Below are positions 39,707 through 52,448 of a stretch of DNA of 64,000 nt, piece by piece (positions within the stretch are counted from its first letter, which is position 1; every line of letters begins with the position of its first letter). The notes beneath the pieces are model-generated. The model was not told where the DNA came from, ran no database searches, and was given only the letters and a program-made list of their open reading frames with translations. The stretch spans positions 101,868,001-101,932,000 of the forward strand of contig NC_086107.1 of the NCBI RefSeq assembly GCF_963921235.1, given 5' to 3'. The stretch comes from Mobula hypostoma. Lineage: Eukaryota. The translations under genes and the position numbers were made by a program.

Positions 39707-39977
39707 TTTTATTTATTTATTTATTTATTGGGATACAGTGTAGGGTAGGTCCTGCAACCCTTTGAGCCACGTCACCCAGCAACCCCTGATTTCACCTAGC
39801 CTAATCACAGGACAATTTACAATGACCTATTAACTTACTGACCAGTATGTCTTTGGAATGTGGAAGGAAACCCGTGCGGTCATGGTGAGAACATACAAAC
39901 TTCATGCAGACAGTGGCAGGAATTGGGTCGCTCGTACTATAAAGCATTGTGCTAACCACTATGCTACTCTGCTGCCC
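39707..39977 (-). mobile_element. V-SINE (same family as 14228)
   Basis: Minus strand tRNA head gggcagcagagtagcatagtggttagcac, partial V-domain and an (AAAT)n tail. Confidence 0.85.
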
Positions 39978-40434
39978 CATCTGTCTGATCTAATGGGCTG
40001 AGAGCAAACTAAATTAAGTCTTACTTCCTTGAGCGTGGTGCATTAGGAACCACCTCCTCCCTAATGTAGCTATGAGCAGCCAAGTGTGATTTGTGGCATG
40101 GATCAGCAACAGTGGCCTGGAATGATTCTGTAGTTAGGAATTAGGGAGAGTTTGCAAATTGTGAAAACACTGTGAAAACATGAAATTGTGTGAGACTGTG
40201 TGAAGGTGCAAGAGGCTATAGGTCTCATTGGTAAAGCATTGTATGTATCAGCATTGCTGTTCTGTAAATTCTATTTAGAAAAGGTGTTAAGTAATGAGCC
40301 TTCCTGCCATCCTTCCTAATATGCTTCCTTCCACATGGTCTCCTTGCCTGCTTGTCATAAACTTGACTCGTCTTCCAAATGGAATCGGGAGTTCAGTGTT
40401 GGGTGTCAGGTCTAGACTTACTCTTTGTTCCAAA

Positions 40435-41150
40435 TCAGAATCAGAATTATTATCACTTAGATAATATAGGATGTGAAATTCATTGTTTTGCAGCAGTACA
40501 GAGCAAAGACATAAAGTAACTATAAATTACAAAAACGAATATTGCAAAAAATAGCAATAATAAGGTAGTGTTTATGGACCATTCAGAAAGCTAATGGCAG
40601 AGGGAAAAGGGTGTTTCTGAATTATTGAGTGTTTGTCTTCAGGCTTCTGAACAAGAAGAGGGCACGTTCAGGACAGAGAGGGTCCTTAGTGATAGATACT
40701 GCCTTCTTGAAGCACTACCTCTTGAAGGTAACCTCAGTGGTGGGGAGGGTGGTGCCTATGTTGGAACTGACTGAGACTATAAACCTCTGCAGCCTCTTGT
40801 GATCCTGTACATTAGAGAATCCATACCAGACTATGATGCAATCAGTCAGAACGCTCTACACTGTACATCCATAGAGATTGTAAGAGAGTTTAGTAACATA
40901 CCGAATCTCCAGAAACTCCTAACGAAGCAGAGCTTCTGGCATGCTTTGTTCCTGATTGCATTAATACGTTGGGCCCAGGATAGATCCTCTGAGATGTTGA
41001 CACCCAGGAATATAAAGCTGCTCCCGCCTCCCACCACTGACTCCTCAATGAGAACAGGAGTGTGCTCTCAACTTCCCCTTCCTGATGTCCACGATCAATT
41101 CCTTGATCTTGCTGACATTGATTCAACATTGTTGTGACTCCATTCAACCA
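40435..41150 (-). mobile_element. Rex1/Babar LINE 3' fragment
   Basis: FLGVNISEDLSW and KACQKL remnants with an (ATTCTG)n tail at about 40436. Confidence 0.8.
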
Positions 41151-41574
41151 AGCAATTTGTCTTGCCCCTGAATCCCTCTTTTGCTTGAAAAATTTTTTGT
41201 AGATGTAAAGAAGATACAATCAACCGAGAGTACTATATGGTATAAGCAATAAGGCTGTGGCCTAACAAAGAATCGAGTTTGAGTGTTGTCCCTTTAAATA
41301 GAATCCTTTTGGAGGAACAGTGTCAGCAAGACCTAACTGCTCTGTGACCAATCAGGATGAAAATGACTCTGGAGTTATTGAGCTAGTGGAATAGGACGTT
41401 GCACACTATTGAAGCCATTTGGACAAGTATTATGCTGGAACCATTTTTCTAAACTTTTCGAAAATCCTGCAGAAAGGAAGGGTTCAGTTTATTGCTGGGC
41501 ACCAAGAAGTCCAGAAATGGTTACTGTTTTGCTCAACTTTAGATTATGCCTACTTTTATGAACCTGTTACTATC

Positions 41575-41775
41575 ATGCAGCATTCACTTAGCAACAACCT
41601 ACACACAGAAGCTCAGTTTGGATTCTGCAAAAGTCATTCAGATCCTGGTATCATTGCAGATTTCATCCAAGCATGGACAAGAGAGCTGAACTTCAGAGGT
41701 GAATTGAGAGTAACTACCTTTGATATCAAGGCAGCAGTTGATCAAGTATGCATCAAAGATATCTGACAAAATTGG
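41575..41775 (+). mobile_element. Ancient LINE RT fragment (family of 27770-29900)
   Basis: AQFGFCKSHS and FDIKAAVDQV (cf. QFGFR..HS, LDIKAAFDRV). Confidence 0.6.
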
Positions 41776-41781
41776 ATAAGA

Positions 41782-41884
41782 GTTAGTCCTGACGAAGGGT
41801 CTCGGCCTGAAACGTCGACTGCGCCTCTTCCTATAGATGCTGCCTGGCCTGCTGCGTTCACCAGCAACTTTGATGTGTGTTGCC
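41782..41884 (+). mobile_element. 103-bp Penelope-derived insertion (hammerhead plus short tail) with 9-bp TSD
   Basis: TGGATAAGA at 41773-41781 and 41885-41893. Nearly identical to the arm at 9177-9278. Confidence 0.9.
41784..41821 (+). ncRNA. Minimal type I hammerhead ribozyme motif, intact
   Basis: tagtc-CTGACGA-agg gtctcgg cct-GAAAC-GTC^gactg. Confidence 0.85.
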
Positions 41885-42192
41885 TGGATAAGAAGCTAAA
41901 GTCTTAGACCAAATTGTAGTAAAGAAATGGCTGGACATTTAGAAATCAGGATAGTGTATGTTTTAAGGAAGAACTGGTGGTGTTCATGTTGTTCTTCTTG
42001 ATGGTGAAGCTACAAGTTTGAACCGTGCTGTTGAAGGAGACTAGGCAATTAACTGTAGTGCCTTTTGTAGGTAGTACACTGAGCCAATAGTATAGGAGAA
42101 GAATGTTTAGAATAGTGGATGGGAAACCAGTCTACAATACTGCTTTGAGACTTGATGAAGATACATTCATGAAGGCACATGGAGAGTACAAA

Positions 42193-43070
42193 TACAAGAG
42201 ATTCTGCAGATGCTGGAAATCCAGAGCAGCATACACAAAATTCTGTAGGAATTCAGCAGGTCAGGCAGCATCTACGGAAATGAAAAAAAAAACAGTTGAA
42301 GTTTTGGGCCAAGACCCTTCATCAGGACTAGAAAGGAAGGGGGAAGAATAAAAAAGGTGGGGGAAGGGAAGGAGGACAAGCTAAAAGATGATAGGTGAAG
42401 CCAGGTGAATGCGGGGTGGGTGGCAAAGTAAAAAGCTGGGAGGTGATAGGTTGGGAAGGCAAAGGGCTGGAGAGGAAGGATTCTAATAGGAGAGGAGAGT
42501 GGACCATGAAAGAAAGGGAAGAAGGGACACCAGGGGAAAGTGATAAGTAGTTGAGGAGAGGAGGTAGGAAGCTAGTGGGGAATGGAAGATGAGGGAAGGA
42601 GAGGAGAAAATTACCAGAGGGAGGAACCTCTGTTCATGATATCAGATTGGAGGATACCTAGATGGATTATGAGGTGTTACTTCTCCACTTTGAGAGTGGC
42701 CTCATTGTGGCAGAAGAGGAGGCTGTGGACCAATATGCCTGTATGGGATGGGGGTAGGAATTAAATTAGTTAGCCAATGGAAAATTCCGCTTTTTGCAGA
42801 TGGAGCAGAGGTGCTCAACAAAGCAGTCCCCCGATTTATATTGGGTTTCACGCATTAGGTCATTATATTGGGTCAACGGACAACTGATTTGTAAATGAAC
42901 TGATCCCTCACCTGGAAGGACTGTTTGGAGCCCTGAATGGAGTTGAGGGAGGAGGTGAATGGGCAGGTGGTGCTTGTAAGGATACATGCCAGGAGGGAGG
43001 TATCAATGGATTAGAAAATCATGGAGGGAGGAAAGTAGAGAGTGGGGAAAGGTAAAGATGGTGGAAGTTG
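42193..43070 (-). mobile_element. Penelope-like element 3' remnant (GIY-YIG endonuclease, pLTR and degenerate hammerhead)
   Basis: ETQYKSGDCFVEHLCSI (cf. GETxRRLGDRFxEHLRSV) in ORF 42766-42987 and an EATLKVEK*HLIIHLG remnant. A CTGATGAaggg...cccAAAAC motif lies at about 42295-42329. Confidence 0.85.
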
Positions 43071-45340
43071 AGGGGAGTGATGTGTTCAATGCATATAGAG
43101 GATATTCCATCACACATCTGGCTGTGCTTTGTAGATGGTGAAAAAGTTTTGGGTTGCCAAGAGGATCCTTATTGAAGATTATCCAGTCTCTGATCACTAT
43201 TTATATGCCTGGTGAAGATGCTGATTGTGAAGGTGTTGATGGTGGAGTCCCAACAATGGTAATGTCATTGAATGTAAATGATGGAGAGCTAGACTGTCTT
43301 TTGTTGGAGATTGTCATTGCATTTATGTGTGAACCTTAGTTGCCATTTATTACCCTATCCTGAATGTGATCTAGGTCTTGTTGCATGCAGATATGAACTG
43401 ATTTATTTGCTGCTGAGTTACAAATGGAGTTAAACTTTATGTAGTCATCCACTTTGACTTATAGTGGAAGGAAGATCATTGACAAGGCAGCAGAAGATGG
43501 TTGGACTAGGATAGTGCCTGAATAACTTCTGCACTGAATTATATGTTCCTATAATATAAGAACTTCCTTCAAGGCATTCTGAGATTAATTGAATCTTGAT
43601 TTCAACATGAAATTATGAAATTTGTCCACTCATCCAACCAACCTCCCTCTTGCCTCCCTATTAATTGCAGCAGTTTAAGGAACATGATGCATCTTTTAGG
43701 TAGTGCTTAATACACTGAAGCTCAGGATGCTCCACTGTTTTCACTGTTTATCAACAATGATAATATATAAATCAATTTTATGTAGTAATAAAATCCAGCT
43801 ATTTGCCTCAGTGTGCTCTAGATTACAAAAAGTGAAATATTAGGTAATAAATACCGATTTCTCGGAGAGATTTGAAATTGAGGAGGAGAATTTTGGCATC
43901 AAAGCATCACTGAACTGAGAGCTATTATAGGTCAATGAGTACAAGAACAGCAGGTATCCACAAAAGTGGCAAAAGATTGAACCAAGTACAAGAGTAACTC
44001 AGTTTTTCAGTTTAAGTTCTTCTTTACAAGTAAACCTGTGCACTGTTCCTGTGGGAGCTTCGCTGAAATTGGTGTATGAAGACCTGCTACTTTCAAGAGT
44101 GAGTTTCCATCAGCTGCTTTAGTTGCATGCATCCCAGAGCTGGAGGTTGAAGGCTGAAATGAGAGAGCTGTTTGTCGTGATGATGGTTAGCACTGAAATT
44201 GCAAGATCACATACACACAACCCATACCCATGAACAACAGGAACCTGCAGTCTTGGTTTTTATGTGGTTTGCACCTCACTGGTGCATATTAATTACTGTA
44301 CTTAATGTGCAAAACTAATTCTGGCCAAATTCCTGCAGTTGAAATCTAGTTTTTTTGGGGGGGAAGGAATAGTAAATAGTTCTCTACTCTGCTGCTTTGT
44401 CAGATTCTTTTAATATGAGCATCAACCATCTTTGCTAATACTGCTGGCTAACACTAGGTTGATGAACAACAGCAACTTGAGCATTAAAGTTGTTCTTTTC
44501 TTTAAATTTTCTTCTGTGATGAGGAAGAGGCTACTTGATTGACAACCAGGAATCATCCAGTTGAAAAATAAAGGAATTATTTGTTTTGTTATTAGTCAAA
44601 GGAAGGCCATGTTAATTGACATGTCAGTGACCAATTATGGGAGTGCTTGGACAGAGATCATGTGACAGCACCCAAGGAATACATCCAAGTAGAGTTGCTG
44701 CACTTATTGTCAACAATCTATTCAAACATCACGAGAGAAGGCACAATCCTTACATAATGTTTACACAGATGCTCCCTCCAGCAGAAAATCGTAAGTTAAA
44801 GTCAGTAGCAGGAAATTTAGCTGGCTTCCCACTTCCCTTGTAATAGGAAACATACGGGACTAGGAGGCTCCTAGCACATCTTCAGTGAACCTAGTTCACC
44901 CATTACATCATCAAAATACATTTTAACAACAACCAACAATATACATCCTCAAATTAAAATTCCAGTACTGTTTAAAACTGTTATCTTCTGGTCTTGTTTA
45001 AGATATATCCTGATATTAAAATGATGATACAAAGATTTATGCAACTGATATGTTGCAGCATGCATTTTCTTGGCAGTGGATTCCTCTAAGCAGATTGAAT
45101 GAGAAGCTGCCAGATTTATTGGCTGTGTATACCAGCACCCGCAGGTTTAGAGCAATGAATGTGCAAGATGCTTCACACATATGGTCTGGAATTAGAAAAA
45201 AAAGTTTCCACAAGAAGTATCAAAAGTACGTGGTACTTGCCCAGATATGTATTAGAAAAAATTAAAACAATTAGTTATTAAAAGATTAATTGTTTTTTAT
45301 ATAATGGCCTTCAGACCTTCCTTCCTTAAGTGTTTAATAA

Positions 45341-45600
45341 CCACAGAAGTACTTTTTGAAGTGTAATCACAGATGTAATGTAGGAAACACAGCTCTCATT
45401 TGCACACAGCAAGCTTCCACAAGTTTGATAATGACCATTTCTTCTGTTTTTGTGATGTTGGTTGAGAGATAAACATTGGGCATGATACCAGAGGTAGTTC
45501 CCCTGCTCTTCTTTGGAAAAAACCACAGTGAAATCCACTAAATGGTTGAGTCTTTAATGTAGCATCTCATCCTGAAGACGGCACTTCCAACAGTACAACC
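45341..45600 (-). mobile_element. Deu-domain SINE (SacSINE1/AmnSINE1-like)
   Basis: Minus strand gaagagcagggga...tttatctctcaaccaacatcacaaaaacagaa...ggtcattatc...agcttgctgtgtgcaaat...tttcctacattaca...cacttcaaaaagtact matches the Deu domain as recalled. Confidence 0.8.
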
Positions 45601-46281
45601 CCTACCTCCTCTGCTTGAGAACATCAACTTACCTTTGAGAGGCCCACCACTCTCTCACCCAGAGTAAACAGTAGTACTCTGTGAGACACAGAAAGACACA
45701 CTTAACAAATTAACACCAAGTAAATGCTGGTTTTAATGGAAAATCTAGTGACATTGCACACTATTGCTAGGGTCTCTCCATTTTAAAACTCTTTCTTGTT
45801 TTCTAATCCCCATCCGTACATGCCCCTCCCTTCCTCCATCCAACAAAGTCCTGCAAACCTTCAGAGTATTTTAATTCTGTTCCTTTCAACATAGTCGTTT
45901 ATTTATTACCTCAGGTTATCTCTCACTGCTGCCTTGGTAATCTCAGGAATTCCATCCTCCAATTCTCTGCATCCCTACACATCCCAAGAGTTTCTTAAAA
46001 TACACCTCTTAATATGCATTGTAATGTATCTTTATGAAGTATTCACATTGATTACATGCTTGTGAATCATAACAAGATATTTTACCACATTAACAGTACT
46101 GTCTGGCCAGGAATCCCATGGTTTGTGCAGGGGAAATGGTTGTATAGGTCCAATCTCAAACACATGTGGTATAAAGAGCACATTACTTTAATACAGGTTT
46201 CACCCATCCATCCAAAGTGTTATTCTGTGCTTATGTTCTCTTCATATTATGTTATAGTACTGGAAACAACTCACTAATTCA

Positions 46282-46466
46282 CTATCTTCGGAGAGAAATA
46301 AACAGCCAACACTTCAGATTGAAATCCTTCAGCAGACATGATAAAGGATCTCAACCAGAAACATTGACTGTTCATCTCTTTTTGTACCTGCTGCCTGATC
46401 CATTGAGTTCCTCCAGCTCCTTTGTGGGTGGATCCAGATTTCCAGCATCTGCAGTCTCTTGTGTCT
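46282..46466. mobile_element. Older Penelope-derived fold-back insertion with 11-bp TSD
   Basis: TCACTAATTCA at 46271-46281 and 46467-46477, enclosing two divergent degenerate hammerhead halves and the family tail. Confidence 0.75.
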
Positions 46467-46499
46467 TCACTAATTCATCCTTGTTTCTGCCCTGACATA

Positions 46500-48041
46500 C
46501 AGTGGCATGCAGAAGTTTGGGCACCCCTGGTCAAAATTTTTGTTACTGTGAATAGTTAAGTGAGTAGAAGATGAACTGATCTCCAAGAGTCATAAAGTTA
46601 AAGATGAAACATTCTTTTCAACATCTTAAGCAAGATTAGTGTATTATTTTTGTTTTGTACAATTTTAGAATGGAAAAAAAAGGAAAGGAGCACCATGCAA
46701 AAGTTTGGGCACCCCAAGAGATTTGAGCTCTCATAACTTTTACCAAGGTCTCAGACCTTAATTAGCTTGTTAGGGTTATGGCTTGTTCACAGTCATCATT
46801 AGGGAAGGCCAGGTGATGCAAATTTCAAAGCTTTATAAATACCCTGACTCCTCAAACCTTGTCCCAACAATCAGCAGCCATGGGCTCCTCTAAGCAGCTG
46901 CCTAGCACTCTGAAAATTAAAATAAATGATGCTCACAAAGCAGGAGAAGATAGCAAAGCGTTTTCAGGTAGCAGTTTCCTCAGTTTGTAATGTAATTAAA
47001 AAATGGCAGTTAACAGGAATGGTTGAGGTCTGGAAGACCAAGAAAACTGTCCGACAGAACTGCTCGTAGGATTGCTAGGAAGGCAAATCAAAACCCCCGT
47101 TTGACTGCAAAAGACCTTCAGGAAGATTTAGCAGACTGACATTCACTGAAGAGTCACCAGAAGAAAACCTTACCCATGCCCTCACCACAAAATTCAGCAT
47201 CAGAAGTTTGCAAAGGAATATCTAAACAAGCCTGACGCATTTTGGAAACCAATCCTGTGGACTGATGAAGTTAAAAATAGAACTTTTTGGCTGCAATGAG
47301 CAAAGGTATGTTTGGAGAAAAAAGGGTGCAGAATTTCATGAAAAGAACATCTCTCCAACTGTTAAGTACAGGGGTGGATCGATCATACTTTGGGCTTGTG
47401 TTGCAGCCAGTGGCACGGGGAACATTTCACTGGTAGAGGGAAGAATGAATTCAATTAAATACCAGCATATTCTGGAAGCAAACATCACACCATCTGTAAA
47501 AAAGCTGAAGGTGAAAAGAGGATGGCTTCTACAACAGGATAATGATCCTAAACACACCTCAAAATCCACAAGAGGTGCAAGCTGAAGGTTTTGCCATGGC
47601 CCTCACAGTCCCCTGAACTAAACATCATCAAAAATCTGTGAATAGACCTCAAAAGAGCAGTGCATGCAAGACGGCCCAAGAATCTCACAGAATTAGAAGC
47701 CTTTTGCAAGGAAGAATGGACGAAAATCCCCCAAACAAGAATTGAAAGAGTCTTAGCTGGCTACAGAAAGTGTTTACAAGCTGTGATACTTGCCAAAGCG
47801 GGCGTTACTAAGTACTGACCATGCAGGATGCCCAAACTTTTGCTTCAGGCACTTTTCCTCTTTTGTTTTTTTTTTGAAACTGTAAAAGATGGAAATAAAA
47901 AAGTAATCTCGCTTAAAATATTAAAGAAATGTGTCATCTTTAACTTTATGTCTTTTGGAAATCAGGTCATCACTTACTTGCTGAGCTATTCACAGTAAGA
48001 GAAATTTTGACCAGGGGTGCACAAACTTTTGCATGCCACTG
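46500..48041 (+). mobile_element. Near full-length Tc1-like transposon (second family) with IR/DR TIRs
   Basis: TA-CAGTGGCATGC...GCATGCCACTG termini and TIRs of about 215 bp with outer and inner aagtttgggca(c/t)cc direct repeats. Confidence 0.95.
46880..47818 (+). pseudogene. Tc1 transposase, frameshifted and partly deleted
   Basis: MGSSKQL start, WTDE, PTVKYRGGSIILW, QQDNDPKH, WPSQSPELNIIKNL and the TKY* end. Confidence 0.9.
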
Positions 48042-49134
48042 TCGCTGCAATAGCAATGGCTAGCAGTGCATACAATATTTCATCTCAGAAACAGAAGATC
48101 AGTAAGTTAGTTGTTGACAAAATGAGGTTGACAGCATTTCAGAACTGAAGTTCCAGTGCCTCCTGGAAAATAGGGGTGATTCTAACTAAGATCTTTATTA
48201 AATAAAAGAAAACCTAATTTGTCATGCAGCATTCTAATGATGCATTTCTTCTGCAGAGGCAGATAAAGATGGGAATGTTCCAAACAAAACTATGTTGCAA
48301 CGCATAGGGTGTTTAGTTCTTAAATTGATACCAACCAATATTACCCAGGCTGCATACGCTACATTTTCCAGGACTCTGTTGCAAGCAACTTGGGTAAAAG
48401 ATCACTAGCTGGAATTGGTTTAGGAAATTTGTGCAGATAGGCATGTTGACAGATATTGGCACCAGGACAGTTAAAGGCAGGAGATTGTGCAGTGACATTT
48501 TCAGAAATATTGGCAGCTGAATCGTACACTAAATGCTAGACAGTGTTAATACATTATTGCTGCAGGTTTCCATCAGATAATTTATGCTACGGAACTGTTA
48601 CCAGCAGCTGTGGGGAAATTCGGCATTGTGGAGTTAGCATATGATTCTTGTTCCATAAGTCTATGAGTCCCTGGAGGTCAAAATTTAATCAAATCATTCC
48701 CGCTGTTCGAACAGAATCCCAGCAAGGAGATGTGTAGAATTACATACTGTAACTTATGCATCACAGAAAGACACCCAAACAGTCCCAATTTGCTTTTATC
48801 GTGCCTTCTGCTACCCCTCCATCTAATTCTTCAGCATAAACTCTCATTGTTTCCATCCTGAACCTAGCATCTATGTTATTTACAATGTTATTGATGTAAC
48901 ACTCTCTGTGGTAGAGTGTTACACATTCTACCCATTCTCTGGTAAATTAATTTATGCTGGATTTCCTAGTTGCTTTGAAACATTGGTTGCCTCTGGTTTT
49001 TACTCTGTTCAACAAGTGGACTTAGGAGATATAGAACAGTACAGCACAGTACAGGCCCTCAGACCTAGCATCAGATTAGTCAGAAAGGTGGATACTGAGG
49101 AAAGGTTCAGATCTGATTTTCTTGTGACAATGAG

Positions 49135-49400
49135 GACAATGGTGCCACTGCCTCACAGCTCTAATAACCCAGATATACTCCTGACATCCAGTATGGAGTT
49201 GGTGTGCTCTCTCCATGACTGTGTGAGCTTTCCTAGATGCTCTGGTTTCCTCCCGTTTCCCATTTGTTGGTATTTTCATTGTCTATTCTAAATGACCCCT
49301 TAATGTTCTAAGAAGTGAAAGAATCAAAGGGGATTTGAAAGGCATGTGAGAGCAACTAAGTTACAGGGGTACGGACGCCATAAAGAAAGAGGGATTGGGA
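49135..49400 (+). mobile_element. Decayed V-SINE
   Basis: tatggagttggtgtgctctctccatgactgtgtgagctttcctagatgctctggtttcctcc. Confidence 0.6.
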
Positions 49401-49900
49401 CAATTGAGATTGCTTTGCTGAGAGAATAGGCCAAAATCTTCCTTAGTTTCATAGTAAATATGTAAGGAAGAGAGTAAAGGAAGGAGACTTCTGGGGCTAG
49501 TACAAGTGTTAGGTGTGCTGGTGTTAGCTTCCTGTTGAGAAAAAGCAACAGAGGAGTTTGACTATAGAAGGATAGAGGTTAAAAAAAAAACACAAGGTAA
49601 TTCATAAAGCCTTGAGTTTGTTGTGAGGATAAATTCCATTCCTGTCTCTTGTCTTGTTTTCTATTGCATTATGGGGAATAGTGAGTCAGATCCATAAAGC
49701 CTTTGTGTAGGAGAAAAGCACAATATTATCATCAGCATCTGCTGTGATCTCCTAGCGTTATTATGATCAAAGATTTGCTGAACATATTAATTTATTTTAA
49801 TGATCAACTACAGAGAATAGGCTGTAACAAGCGCGTAGATGGAGGCCTAGTGGTAACCTGTCTCTCAGTTGAGATGTATGGCCAGCCATGGTCCAACATT

Positions 49901-52448
49901 TAGAATCAGAATCAGGTTTATTATCACTGGCATGTGATGTGAAATTTGTTAACTTAGTAGCAGCAGTTCAATGCAATACATAATATAGAAGGGGAAAAAA
50001 TAATAATAAATAAATCTTAGTATATTTTATACAGTATACATATAAAGAATAGATTAAAAATCGTGCAAAAAAACAAATACTATATGTTTTAAAAAGTGAG
50101 GTAGTGTCCAAGGGTTCAATGTCCATTTAGGGATTGGATGGCAGAGGGGAAGAAGCTGTTCCTGAATCGCTGAAAATGTGCCTTCAGGTTTCTCTACCTT
50201 CTTCCTGACGGTAACAGTGAGAAAAGGGCATGCACTAGGTACTGGAGGTCCTTAATAATGGATGCTGCCTTTCTGAGACACCGCACCTTGAAGATGTCCT
50301 GGGTACTTTGTAGGCTAGTACCCAAGATAGAGCTGATGAAATTTACAAGCCTCTGTAGCTTCTTTCGGTCCTGTGCAGTAAACCTTGCACCCCCCCACCA
50401 CCATACCAGACAGTGATGCAGCCTGTCAGAATGCTCTCCACGGTACATCTATAGAAGTTTTTGAGTGTATTTATTGACATACCAAATCTCTTCAAACTCC
50501 TAATGAAGTATAGCTGCTGTCTTGCCTTCTTTATAACTTCATCAATATGTTGGGACCAGGTTAGAACCTCAGTGATCTTGACACCCAGGAACTTGAAACT
50601 GCCCACTCTCTTCACTTCTGATCCCTCTATGAGGATTGGTACGTGTTCCTTCATCTTACCCTTCTGGAAGTCCACAATCAGCTCTTTCGTCTTACTGACG
50701 TTGAGTGCCAAGTTGTTGCTGAGGTATCACTCCTCTAGTTGGCATATCTCACTCCTGTACGCCCTCTCGTTACCACCTGAGATTCTACCAACAATGGTTG
50801 TATCGTCAGCAAATTTATAGATGATATTTGAACTATGCCTAGTCACACAGTCATGGGTATATAGAGAGTAGAGCAGTGGGCTAAGCACACATCCCTGAGG
50901 TGTACCAGTGTTGATCGCCAGTGAGGAGGAGATATTATCACCAATTCGCACAGATTGTGGTCTTTCGGTTAGGAAGTAGAGGATCCAATTACAGAGGGAA
51001 GTACAGGGACCCAGGTTCTGCAACTTTTCAATCAGTATTGTGGGAATGATGGTATTAAATGCTGAGCTATAGTCGATGAACAGCATCCTGACATAGGTGT
51101 TTGTGTTATCCAGGTGGTCTAAAGCTGCGTGGAAGCCACTGAGATTGCATCTGCTGTTGACCTATTGTGGCGATAGGCAAATTGCAACAGGTCCAGGTCC
51201 TTGCTGAGGCAGGAGTTCAGTCTAGTCATGACCAAACTCTCAAAGCATTTCATCACTGTAGATGTGAGTGCTACCGGGCAATAGTCATTAAGGCAACTCA
51301 CGTTATTCTTCTTAGACACTGGTATAATTGTTGCCTTTTTGAAGCAAGTGAGAACTTCTGCCCATAGCAGTGAGAGGTTGAAAATGTCCTTGAATACTCC
51401 CGCTAATTGATTGGCACAGGTTTTCAGAGCCTTACCAGGTACTCCATCAGGACCTTCTGCCTTGCAAGGATTCACTCTCTTTAAAGACAGCCTAACATTG
51501 GCCTCTGAGACAGAGATCACAGGGTAATCAGGTGCAGCAGGGATTTTCACAGCTGTAGTTGTATTCTCCCTTTCAAAGTGGGCATAAAAGGCGTTGAGTT
51601 GATCTGGTAGTGAAGCATCACAGCCATTCACACTATTGGGTTTCGCTTTGTTGGAAGTAATGTCTTACAAGCCCTGCCAGAGTTTTCGTGCATCCAATGT
51701 CGCCTCCAACCTCATTCGAAATTGCCTCTTCGCCCTTGAAATAGCCCTCCGCAGATCATACCTGGTTTTCTGGTACAGGCCTGGATCACCAGACTTGAAT
51801 GCCACAGATCTAGCCTTCAGCAGACGATGTACCTCCTGGTTCATCCACGGCTTTTGGTTTGGGAACGTGCAGTAAGTCCTTGTAGGCACACACTCATCCA
51901 CAAAGGTTTTAATGAAGTTGGTAACAACTGCAGCATACTCATCCAGGTTCGAAAATGAATCCCTGAATACAGTCCAGTCCACCGATTCAAAGCAGTCCTG
52001 TAGGTGCTCCTGTACTTCCCTTGTCCATACCTTCTTGGTCCTCACTACTGGTGCTGCAGTCTACAGTCTCTGCCTATACTCAGGGAGTAGAAGTACAGCC
52101 AGGTGATCAGACTTCCCAAAGTGAGGGTGTGCAATAGCATGGTAGATATTTTTGATGGTGGTGTAGCAATGGTCCAGTGTATTGTTTCCTCTGGTATTGC
52201 GAGTGATCTGTTGGTGGTAATTGCTTAGTGATTTTTTAAGACTGGCCTGGTTAAAATCTTCCAAAACAATAGTGAAAGAGGTAGGATGCGCTGTTTCGTG
52301 CATGTTGATCCTGTTGCTCAGATCATCTAAAGCCTGGCTGAGATTGGCCTAAGGTGGAATGTATACTGCTAGCAAAATGACCCTGGAGAACACCCACAGT
52401 AGGTAAAAAGGACGGCACTTAACTGCTAGATATTCCAGGTCTGGTGAG
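49901..52448 (-). mobile_element. 5'-truncated Rex1/Babar LINE (EN C-terminus, RT, 3'UTR)
   Basis: [43 protein letters not shown] and FLGVKI, with an (ATTCTG)n tail at 49901-49915. Confidence 0.93.

Noticed and set aside
44010..44105. Candidate exon ending AGA|GTGAGT
   Set aside because: The sequence resembles an eroded Deu-SINE domain and the peptide is unrecognisable.
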